From: Octopus vulgaris
Lineage: Eukaryota
Direction: 5' to 3'
NCBI GenBank assembly: GCA_951406725.2
Contig: OX597837.1
Coordinates: 24,738,001-24,802,000, forward strand
Length of the DNA: 64,000 nt
Shown here: one piece after another, positions 50,401 to 62,100 of the stretch
Position numbering within the stretch: position 1 is the stretch's first letter
Layout: every line of letters starts with the position of its first letter
Made by a program: the position numbers and the translations under genes
The notes under the pieces: model-generated
The model's database searches: none
The model's input: the letters and a program-made list of their open reading frames with translations, nothing else
Told to the model about the DNA's origin: nothing

Positions 50401-53132
50401 TCTTCTTTAACAATCAAACAATCTTTAACAATCAAAGAGGCCGATAAAGGGAGTGCTGTTGTCTTAATGGATACGACATTTTACATAACTTTGGTACTTT
50501 CTATGCTGGAAGACACAACATACTATGAAAAGGCACAAAACTACAGTCAACAAAAAATAATGAGGGAACTAAAATCCATATTAAACCCATACAAAGCAGG
50601 GCTCACCGACAAAGAATATGATTATATGACCAATTTCACAAGTAAAACTAGCCAATTCTACGGTATACCTAAGATCCACAAAAGTGAAAAAATAAGCAAA
50701 GCATGCAAGATAGCTACAGACAAAATAATTAAAGTCCCTAATCCTAATGACCTCAAATTGAGACCCATAATAGCAGGTCCCGCATGCGAAACCCACCGCC
50801 TCAGTAACTTTTTAGACACCCTGTTAAAACCACTCCTCAAACATGTCAAAAGCTATATAAGGGACGACTTAGATATGCTCAATCACCTACCGAATACTAT
50901 AAACAAGAACACCATACTGGTATCCTTCGATGTAGTCAACCTCTACTCCAATATCCCCCACAACCTAGGACTAGAGGCAATCCAATTCTGGCTAGAGAAT
51001 CACGCCAACGAACTACCACACCGCATCAAAAAAGAATTTGTGATAGAAGGGGTTAAATTCATCCTGGAAAATAACTTCTTCGCCTTCAATGACAACTTCT
51101 ACCGACAAAAATCGGGGACTGCGATGGGTACACGAATGGCCCCCTCCTTTGCCAACCTAGTCATAGGATACCTAGAGATCAGTCTGTATCGTAAGGTTCT
51201 AGAAAGATATGGCAGCCCTTTCTCCATCTACATAGAAAACAACTGGAAGAGATATCTAGATGACTGTTTCATCCTTTGGCATAAAAATATAGAAAAACTC
51301 ATAGAATTCCAGAAAATTTTAAACGGACTGGACGTAAACATCCAATTCACGATGGAATATAGCCAACAACAACTCCCCTTCCTCGATATCCTCATTAAGA
51401 AAGCTAATGATATAATAGAAACAGACATATACTATAAGCCTACAGACTCTAAGCAATATCTTCCATTCAATTCATGCCACCCCAGACACACCAGGATGAA
51501 TATCCCCTTCAATCTAGCAAAAAGGATATGCACTATAGTCTCTAACGCAAACACCAGAGACACACGACTACAAGAACTAAAAGATACCCTAATCACCAGG
51601 AACTATCCACCTTCACTTATTGACAAGTGCATTCAACGTGCCCTTCAACTTAACATCAAGGAACTGAGACATCCCAAATCAAAGAAAAACTTACAACCAA
51701 AAGCCTTACCATACATCTCCACACACAACCCTCTCAATAACGAAGCCTTCGACACCATCCTCCACAACATACCCCTCCTAAAAAAGACCACAGAATGAAC
51801 ACAATCCTCCAAACACACACGATCATAAAAAGCAAAAGACAGCCTAGATCCATGAAAAGTCTCCTTACACAAGCCCGAATTCACTCTTCAACACAGAAGC
51901 CGACAGTAAAAAAATGTGGAAGACCCAATTGCGGGATATGCGACTATCTAATCGAGGGTTCGGAGTTCTCCTTCAAACAGGGACAACGGTTTACAGTGAA
52001 AAGCAACTTCACATGTGCTTCGGAGAACCTAATATACTCACTAACCTGCTCCGGGTGTCAAGAGCAGTACATAGGCCAAACAAAAAATGGTTTGCGTAAA
52101 CGAATGGCCCTGCACAGATCCCAGATAAAAATTCCCCAAAACAGAAAAATAGCTTTTAGCCAACACATAGATACTTGCGCCAACAAAAAAACACCAAACT
52201 TCAGAATTTTCCCCCTCTACCAATTTAGGGACGATACAACCTCGAGACAAAGAATAAGTAAAGAAAATCTCTTTATTACAAAATACAAGCCACTTCTTAA
52301 CGGGTCTACGACAAACAATTAATATACCTCAACTTTAGAATAAAAGAAAAAAATATATATACACACACAAATACTACACTCCATAGAATCCATTACTAAT
52401 CAGCCCCTTCATAGCTATATTTACACCCATTCATATTCTCCCTTCTCTGTTTTTTTCTTCTTCTTCTTCTTCATCATCATCGTTATCATCATCATCGGCG
52501 TCATCATCATCACCACCATCATCACCACCATCTTCTCCTTCTCCTTCTTCTTCTTCTTCTTCTTCTTCTTCTTCTTCTTCTTCTTCTTCTTCTTCTTCTT
52601 CTTCTTCTTCATCATCATCGTTATCATCATCATCGTCGTCATAATCATCACCACCATCACCATCATCTTCTCCTTCTCCTTCTTCTTCTTCTTCTTCTTC
52701 TTCTTCTTCTTCTCCACCCCCTACCCCTTAAGTTTGTCACTAATGTTTTTTAGTATAACACCTACGCTAATTCTATAAACAATCCTGAATTGAACTGAGA
52801 CTGCCAGCCGCCACTGACCATTCAAAATACGACCATCAGGGCACTCCCAGATTCTCCCACCCCCTTTCCTCACCAGCCTTCCCTCTACTACCCTACCAAG
52901 AACTCACAACTACCTCGAACACACAAGTGCAAACAAGGGAGTCAGAGAAAGGCAGAATGCCACTTAAATCTGAACACTACTATAGAAATATTCTTTTAAA
53001 AAAACTTTTCTTCTAATTTTTCTAAATTTAATTATTTAATCGTTACAGTTGAAAAGGTCTCAAAATGACCGAAACCGGTACTGAAATGTTCACTATAAAA
53101 TTATTTTAGCATTTTCTATTTTTTACTTGTTT

Positions 53133-53169
<37 letters not shown>

Positions 53170-56100
53170 CATATATACGACAGGCTTCTTTCAGTTTCCG
53201 TCTACCAAATCCACTCACAAGGCTTTGGTTGGCTATAGTAGAAGACACTTGCCTAAGGTGCCACGCAGTGGGACTGAACCCGGAACCATATGGTTGGTAA
53301 GCAAGCTACTTACCACACAGCCACTCCTGCGCTTATTCACGTTTTTAAAAATTAATCATGTATCTTGTAGCTTTGAGATTTTTGAAGATGTGATTATTTA
53401 TTTTTAGAATAACATTGTTGGGTAGGTGTAAGAGACCGGGTCTGGTCAGTTGCAGTATAAAAGAAACAGAATATTTGGGCCGGATACAGCCATTTTAAAT
53501 CTTAATGGGTTAAGCAAATACACACTGAAGTATATTATAATACTGTATTATTAATACACACAGTATTATTATTATAACTTGCTTCATAAATGAAATCCCT
53601 TGGAATGTTTGTTCTGTATTGAGTTAAAAACACTCTTGCTATCAGAAAATCTGAGAAGCTGTGATTGATCTATTGGGAATTTGTAACCTTTGATGCTATT
53701 ACTTACAAATTGACGTTTCACACAAACAGCATTTATTTTCCAGAAGAATGTTGAAGTGTATCCTATGTTCATCCTAGTTTAGTACCTAAAGTATTCTATT
53801 GTCAATCACAGAGCTATTATTCCAGTCATACATCATCTATTATAGCTTTTATCTTTACTCTAAAACCTTTCTATAATTCTTAACATGCTGTGTTGTTGTT
53901 TAGCTCCAGCTTAGACCTGATCCAGCACACTTGGGTTCAAAGCTGTCCTAGTTGTAACATCATCATTCAGCATCTGTTTCATGCTAGCATGGGTAAGACA
54001 GTTTGACTGGAGCTCATAAGCCAGAGGGCTGCACCAGGCTCCAATCTGTTTTGGCTTGGTTTCCATGGCTTGATGCCCTTCATAATGCAAGAGTGTACTG
54101 GGTGTCTTTTACACATGACTGGCATGAGTAATCTTTGTCTTTTAGTGTATCCAAAATTACATTATTCAATATTTTCCTATTTTAAAGGGATTACAGTATG
54201 ATTTGAATACTATTAGGTTGCTATTTGTAGCAGGTCAATTAACTGCATAAAATCAACCTTGTTGGTTTGTCTAAGCATTCAATGCTATGCTGTAATAATT
54301 GTGCAGAGGTTATATAACTTTTTATTTAACCCTTTAGCATACACATTATTCTGTCAAAAAGTAATGCTTATTTATTCACATTGTTTTGAATTAATCAGGC
54401 ATTATCTCATAGCTTTGAGATTTTGAAGACAAGATTGTTTATTTTTAAAATGACATTGTGGGTTTGGTGTAAAATGCCAGATCTGGCCAGTTTGAACATA
54501 AAACGGGTAGAATATTTATACTGGATATGGCTGGTTTGAATACCAAAGGGTTATGGCTGTCTGCTGCAAGTTTTTGTTGTATTTCTCTGTAAGTAGCTTG
54601 CTAACCAACCACATGGTTCCGGGTTCAGTCCTACTGCGTGGCATCTTGAGCAAGTGTCTTCTGCTATAGCCCCGGGCCGACCAATGCCTTGTGAGTGAAT
54701 TTGGTAGACGGAAACTGAAAAAGCCTGTCGTATATATGTATATATATGTATATGTATGTGTTTGTCCCCCTAGCATTGCTTGACAACCGATGCTGGTGTG
54801 TTTATGTTCCCATCACTTAGCGGTTCGGCAAAAGAGACCGATAGAATAAGTACTAGGCTTACAAAGAATAAGTCCCGGGGTCGATTTGCTCGACTAAAGG
54901 CGGTGCTCCAGCATGGCCGCAGTCAAATTACTGAAACAAGTAAAAGAGAAAAGAGTACTCTGGAATTTAACCCTTTCGTTACCAAACCGCCCAAAGCCGC
55001 CCGAAAAAAATTTTGGTTTATGAAACCAAAGCCGCCCGAATTTACCTATTCATATTTAAATGAGAATATCAGAGCAAATCTCTTCAGTACATTCGTGAAC
55101 ACGTATTATACTTCGTAAACAGTTCAACTACAGTTTTGTACAATAATCGAAGTGTAATTTTAATTCCGTGAATTTTGGGAGATTTTTTTCCGAAATTTGT
55201 TCCTATTGTGTTTTCAAAATTTGTAATTCTGACAAAAAATGGATACGAATTTCATTATATCAAAGCAGCGAGTCAGAATTCAAAGGATTTTCTACTGAAG
55301 ACCTTCATAAATCTAACTCTATGACTGAAAAAAAAAGCACATGGTATTTGATAATGAATCTGATGTTTCATTTTCCGAAAGTGAAAACAGTGAATCTGAG
55401 ATCTCCGACAGCGATAAAGAAAACGAATTGGCACCTGAATGGAGTGAAAATTTAAAAACTGTTTCTTTCGGTGATTTTTCTGAAGAAACTGGACCAAGCC
55501 ACAGACTTTCCCAGAAGAGTAAAGCCTTAAACTATTTCTTTTTACTTTTTCGAATGAGCCCATTTGAAATCATTACGGCAGAAACGAACCGTTACGCTAA
55601 ACGTAAACAAAGCGAAAGAAAGGATAGTTTGTTATTTCCCACAACCTTAAATGAAATTAAGGCCTATTTTGCCATAAATATTATTATGGGTATCAGAAAG
55701 TTACCCAGAATAACAAATTCTATCGTAAAATTTTGTTGTATACCCAATTGAATATTAGCTAATAACCCATTTTCTATAGCGATGTTTGAACAAAATTTTA
55801 ATAATTTTATATTTTGTGGAATTTACCTGTATCTACCTGCAAATAGAGTTACTTTGGACAAAAATTATAGTATAGAATTGGTTGAGAATATTTCATTAAA
55901 TTATCTTCCAAAAATCAGATTAATATATTGATAAATAAAAAAGTTATAGTTGTTTAATGAAACCAGACTAAATTTATGATTACGTTAGAAATTAATTGAA
56001 ACACATAAGGGGTGTAATTTGGTCAGAAATATAGTAACGAAAGGGTTAAGTATCAAATAATTTTGTAAAATTACCTTCAATGGATTATTAACCAATCCAC

Positions 56101-59100
56101 GAGGGGATTTCATTCACATCTTCTTAATGCTGTATTATTGATGTCAGATGGATTCTGAAACAAATTTATATCAGGGCTGATGAGTTAATCTCTTCTCTGT
56201 TTCTTTCTTTTTAGGATGGTGTAGTTCTTGGAGCAGATACAAGAGCTACTGAAGACACTATTGTAGCTGACAAAAACTGTGCAAAGATCCATTATATGGC
56301 TGACAACATTTAGTAAGTAAAACATACTTTAATTAATTATTATTATTCTTTTCAACTCAGGTTTTGTTGGAACTGGTGTCTTGCATACATAGCAGGCTTA
56401 CTACCTACAGCCTATGGTACCATGCTATCTGTTCTTTTCACCTATCTAATATCTTCCTGGTTATTCTGGCATGGCCAAGGAGGCAGACCTTTTGTAACAG
56501 CTCTACTGACACTCTTTTCCAATTTCTTTTATATTCCTCTTGATACCTTCTGATACTGTCCCTAAGGACCTAACACTGACTAGCACTACCTTCACCTTCA
56601 TTTTCCATAGCAGGGCTATTTTGTACTTAAAAGGACTGTATATGTCTTTTTTTTTTTCTCTTTCCCTTTCTTCTTGAATATTCATGGGTTGAAGGGGCAC
56701 ACAACGCCATTTATACAGCACACATGGTTATTATTATTAAGGCAGTGAGCTGGCAAAATCAGCAAAATGCTCAGCAGCATTATTTCATCTGTCTTTACAT
56801 TCTAAGTTCAAATTACTTCGAGATCAGCTTTGCCTTTCATCCTTTAGGGGTCAATAAAATAAGTACTAGTTGAGCACCGGTGTCAATGTAATTGACTTAT
56901 CCCCTCCCCAAGAATTTCAGACTTTCTTTCTTGAGTAGAAAGGATCATTACTATTTCTACTACAATGCCTGACAAATGCCATTTAGCTTGCTCTGGTTCT
57001 TTAGATTCTAAGTTCAAATCCTGCTAAGGTTAATGTTGCCTTTCATCTTCCCAGAGTCAGTAAGGTACCAGTCAAATATTGGGGGTCAGTGTAACTAACT
57101 TACCCCCTTTCTCTTCAAATTTGTTACTTTGTGCCTATGTGGGGCAATTATTACTTCTGGCACCAACATCGTACCAGGCAATGCCAGTGTGGTTCCATAC
57201 AGTAGCTCTGCAGAAGAAAACCCCATGTCTGCCTTGACAGCAGTGTGACAACCGAGAAGAATCATGAATCTATAGAATTGTTCAAGCATGAGACAAAATA
57301 TTTTGCAATATGCAATTATAATTCTTTACAATCTGAGTTTAAATCTTGTCACAGTTAACCTTACTTTATATATCTTTTCAGGGTTAATACTGGGGTTGAT
57401 TTAATTAATGCCCCTCTCTTCTAAATTTGTGACCCTGTGATGGATTGTTGCAATCAGTTTGTAGTCTTTTGTTATGTCCCTTTATGTTATCTTCTAAGAA
57501 TATATTCCGAGGTTGACTCTGTCATCTTAAATTAATTATCAGCCATGAAATCAACCATACCCCACCCCAGAACATTAAGATGGACAAAACATCACTAAGC
57601 ACTTTGCCTGATGTGCTAGCGACTCTACCAGCTTACTGCCTTTCAAGTATATCAGATCATCCCATAAGTTCTGTCAGATTTTACCTTTTTTTAAAATTGA
57701 ATGAATTTTAATAGTATTTTAGATTGTCTAATGGAATTAAAATTATGCATGGGTTGAAGGAGCATGCAACGTTATTTATACATTAAACTAATTAAATATT
57801 ATTTTACAGAATAACAGAATTAAAATTTCTTTGGTTAAAATCCTTTCTAACATGGAAGTATCCAAAGAGCATTTGAGGCACATAGTCCTTTATGAGTACA
57901 AAAAAGGAAACTCTGCAGCTGAAGCAACTCAAAACATACACTCAGTTTATGGGAAAGAATGCTTGAATGAAAGAACTTGCAGAAGATGGTTTGCAAAATT
58001 CAGAAATGGAGATTTCAGCCTTGAAGATGAAGATTGAACAGGATGTCCAGTTGAGTTTAATGATAGGCTCCTTGAGGCATTACTTGAAGAAAATCCTGCA
58101 TTATCAGTTGAAGAATTGGTAATAAAGCTTAGTTCAAACCATTCAACTGTTCATTGTCATCTTCAACAACTTGGAAAATGGATGCCTCATGAATTATCCA
58201 AAAGCAACCATAAATTCCGAGTTGACATATGCTTTTCTCTCCATTCTCGCAAGCTTATTTCACCCTTTTTGGATAGACTTGTGACGAAAAATGGATCTTC
58301 TATCGAAATGTTAAACGTTGTAAACAGTGGCTTGGTAAAAGGGAAAAAGCTGAACCACAATCAAGAAGGGAACTTCGTGGGGAAAAGGTTCTCTCTATCT
58401 GGTGGGATTGCAAAGGAGTAATTCACCTTGAATTGTTACCAGCTAATGCCACAATCAATGTTCAAGTCTACTAGTGAATCAAAAAGGAGTAATGTTTCAT
58501 CAGGACAATGCACAATCCCACACTGCAAAGATCACATCACATAAGCTCAAAGAGGTTGGTTGGGAAAAAATTCCTCATCCACCTTATCCTCCCGACCTTG
58601 CTCCTTCAGACTACCATTTGTTTCATAGTTTACAGAATCATTTGGGGGACATAACTTTCGCAAGCTCCAGGAGGAGGTCGAAACTAACATTTCAGAGTTC
58701 TTCACTCTGAAACCAAAAGAGTTTTACACTGATGCGATTAAAAAGCTTGTAAATAGATGGAAGGAAGTCATAGATAACCAGGGAAAGTGCACTGATGATT
58801 AAATTTCAATTAAATATGACATTTGATCACTTGTTTTCTTTAGTCAAAATTCGGACAGAACTTATGGGATGACTTGATACAAAATATTGAAATTTGTTGT
58901 GTGATGGAGAAATCATGTCACATTCAAAGAGAAATGTGTGGACATGTTGGTTATATGAATTTTGTCTAATATTTTAAATTTGGTGGCAGAAACTGGACGT
59001 TTTCAAAAGATATCCTTTGTCGTATTAAACTTTTTGTTCACAGAATGACTATCTTACGTGTCTATAATACTTACATACAATCACTCGGTAACTTTAACTG

Positions 59101-62100
59101 TCATTGTGTAACTCCTTTTGGAATTAAGAACTGTGCTTGCATTTCAGTTGTTGTGGTGCTGGTACAGCTGCCGATACTGAGATGACCACCCAGTTGATAG
59201 CATCTCAGCTAGAACTACATAAACTCAACACTGGCCGTATTCCAAGAGTGTGTACAGCTAACCGTCTCTTGAAGCAGATGTTGTTCAGGTTAGTCTCATT
59301 TCTTTTTTCCTTTGTCATCATCCTTGACAAAACCACTTCAACCCACCACCACCATCTGTGTATTGTTGTTAGACAGCTGATGCAACTCTTCTAGTATCAA
59401 GTTTTCTGGATTGTGTCTTTATTTATTTAATTTATCTCTTTACTCTTTTACTTGTTTCAGTCATTTGACTGCGGCCATGCTGGGGCACCGCTTTCAGTCG
59501 AGCAAATCGACCCCGGGACTTATTCTTTGTAAGCCCAGTACTTATTCTATCGGTCTCTTTTGCCGAACCGCTAAGTGATGGGGATGTAAACACACCAGCA
59601 TCGGTTGTCAAGCAATGCTCGGGGGACAAACACAGACACACAAACATATACACACACATACATATATACGACAGGCTTCTTTCAGTTTCCGTCTACCAAA
59701 TCCACTCACAAGGCTTTGGTCGGCCCGAGGCTATAGTCGAAGACACTTGCCCAAGATGCCATGCAGTGGGACTGAACCCGGAACCATGTGGTTGGTAAGC
59801 AAGCTACTTACCACACAGCCACTCCTGCGCCTTCTGAATTTATTTAAACTTCTAAAATCACTTTGTATATTCTGCAGTTTTTTTAGCTTTGTAAGTCCTT
59901 AGATACATAGAGACTATTTCTCAACATGTGTATCAATTCAAACACTTCCAGAAACTTGCAACAAGTGTAAGATTTCATTTTTCCTTTTCTATTTTACAAT
60001 TTATTTCATAAGATTCCAGTCAATATTGAACTCGTTTACTTTGGATTTAGCCATGATTTGTCAGACAAACGTATCTAAGTACATCATTACAATATGCAGG
60101 CATTACTTACTTTTCGTAGAACGATGCCTAAAATGTAAGGGAGATTACTACTACTGTTAAAATGGAACAAGTACATCAGGACTCCAGTTGGTTTCATTTC
60201 TGAATGTCTGTGGTTGTGTTGCGTAGACTGCTGTTTTATATTTCTAAATGTAGGCCTTGCGTATGAGTTGGTACCAACTCCACATGAGAGAGAAAATAAT
60301 CTTATGGACTCTTAGAAATTGACATGCGATTAACAAAAAAGACAGTCTAAATGTCTGGAGACAAGACAACTATTGTGGATGTGTGCTTCTGCCTCTAGGC
60401 ATCATTAGCACAGCATTTGAGCAGAGAGAACAGTTAGACAAAATGAGAATATTTGTGTTGATGTATGAGCAGCCCTACTCATAGAATCTGCATGCAAAGT
60501 GGTTGAGTATCTCACATACCATAATGTAATTCTCATGTTAAATCCTAGTGTTTGACAATATGTGAGTTTTGAATTTTAAGTACAGCCCATTTAAACTGCA
60601 CATATCCAGTCCAAATATCCTACCTTTTGAAATCCAAACTGGTCAGATTTAGCATATCACACCTACCCTACAATGTCATTCTAAGAATAAAACAATCAAA
60701 TCATCAAAATCTCAAATCATTTTGGCAATGTTTATGAAATTACAGTCTTGTCCTTAATGGCCTGAAAAATATATATTTTATAATAGAAGGCGCATGGCTC
60801 AGTGGTTAGAGTGTCGAGCTTACGATCGTGAGGTTGAGCTCGAATCCCAGACTGAGCTGCGTGTTGTGTTCTTGAGCAAGACACTTTATTTCACGTTGCT
60901 CCAGTTCACTCAGCTGTAGAAATGAGTTGTGACGTCACAGGTACCAAGCTGTATCTGCTATCTGCTGTTGCCTTTCCTTTGGATAACACTGGTGGCATGG
61001 AGAGGGGAGGCTGGTATGCATGGGTGACTGCTGGTCTTCCATAAACAACCTTGCCTGCACTTGTGCCTGGGAGGGTAACTTTCTAGGTGCAATCCCATGG
61101 TCTGTGTCATGACCAAAGGGGGCCTTAGATAATAGAATAATAAGTATAACAGGTATCTCTACATAAAAATGTATATTTGGATTTTAAAAAATTATGTACA
61201 TTATATTAATATTGTAATATATGACTATCTAACAATGCATATATTACAATGTAAATACAGACACACACACAGCATTGTGTATGTCAACGTCATCATCATT
61301 TTTATATCTCGTTTTCTCTGCTGGCATGTTTTTGACCATGTTGATGTGTATAAATGCTATAATATAATATGAGAATGTCTTTCTCTCTTTCAGGTATCAT
61401 GGAATGATCAGTGCCGCTTTAGTTCTTGGTGGTGTTGATCACACTGGGCCCCATCTTTATAGTATTTGGCCACATGGTTCCACAGACAAACTACCTTTTA
61501 CTACCATGGGTAAGCTTTGAGCATTTCTTTCCTTTGTGTTTTTCTTTTTTTTCTTAATGACATGAGAAGGCTGCCCACCACAACAGAATTGGGATTTTAA
61601 AACCAAGGCACCACATAAAAAACATTGGTGTGGGTGTTGATGCCACTTTAAAAGCACTAGTGATGGTACCACATAAAAAGCAACCCAGTACACTCTGTAC
61701 AGTGGTTGGTGTTAGGAAGGACATCCAGACGTAGAAACTATGCCAAAACAGATGGAGCTTTTCATCTGCTCAGCTTCTGTCAAACAGTCCAACCTATGCC
61801 AGCATGGAAAACATGTTAAATGACGATGAGATGACTAAATATTGTGAAGTGGTCCATAGATCTAACTTCTAACACAATGTGCCTGCCTTCATCAAACATC
61901 TGTTAGAATTTGAACCATATTCATTATGTATTTTTTTGAAAAACCTGCTTTTTTAAGTTTTAGGAAAGCATATATCTATTGTGAAGGTGACAAGGATTTA
62001 TTAAAGGACATTTTAGCTTTAGCTGCTACAAGAAAGTAAGCAGAGTGACTGTGTTAAAAATGTTCCATTGTTGAATTGTTTAGAACCCTTTCTGCCAAGT

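Larger units (their letters stand above)
47421..53143. mobile_element. Penelope-like retrotransposon (Neptune-type): two 5'-truncated copies joined head-to-head as an inverted repeat in PSMB7 intron 2
   Basis: Arms 47451-50155 and 50426-53143 are near-perfect reverse complements. Both encode RT plus a GIY-YIG endonuclease. The 3' ends face outward into the (TA)n tract of a split SINE. Confidence 0.95.

Noticed and set aside
50344-50425. Apparent N-terminus of the 484-aa ORF
   Set aside because: Antisense of the left arm plus junction filler; not native element coding sequence.
52421-52717. Poly-Lys/Met ORF
   Set aside because: Translation of the antisense strand of a microsatellite.
56177-56200. 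CTGATGAG hammerhead-like core near PSMB7 exon 3
   Set aside because: No stem II-GAAA follows; this is the branch-point/polypyrimidine region.
60787-60860. tRNA-like sequence with A and B boxes
   Set aside because: Continues into a SINE body found in several copies; no complete cloverleaf.
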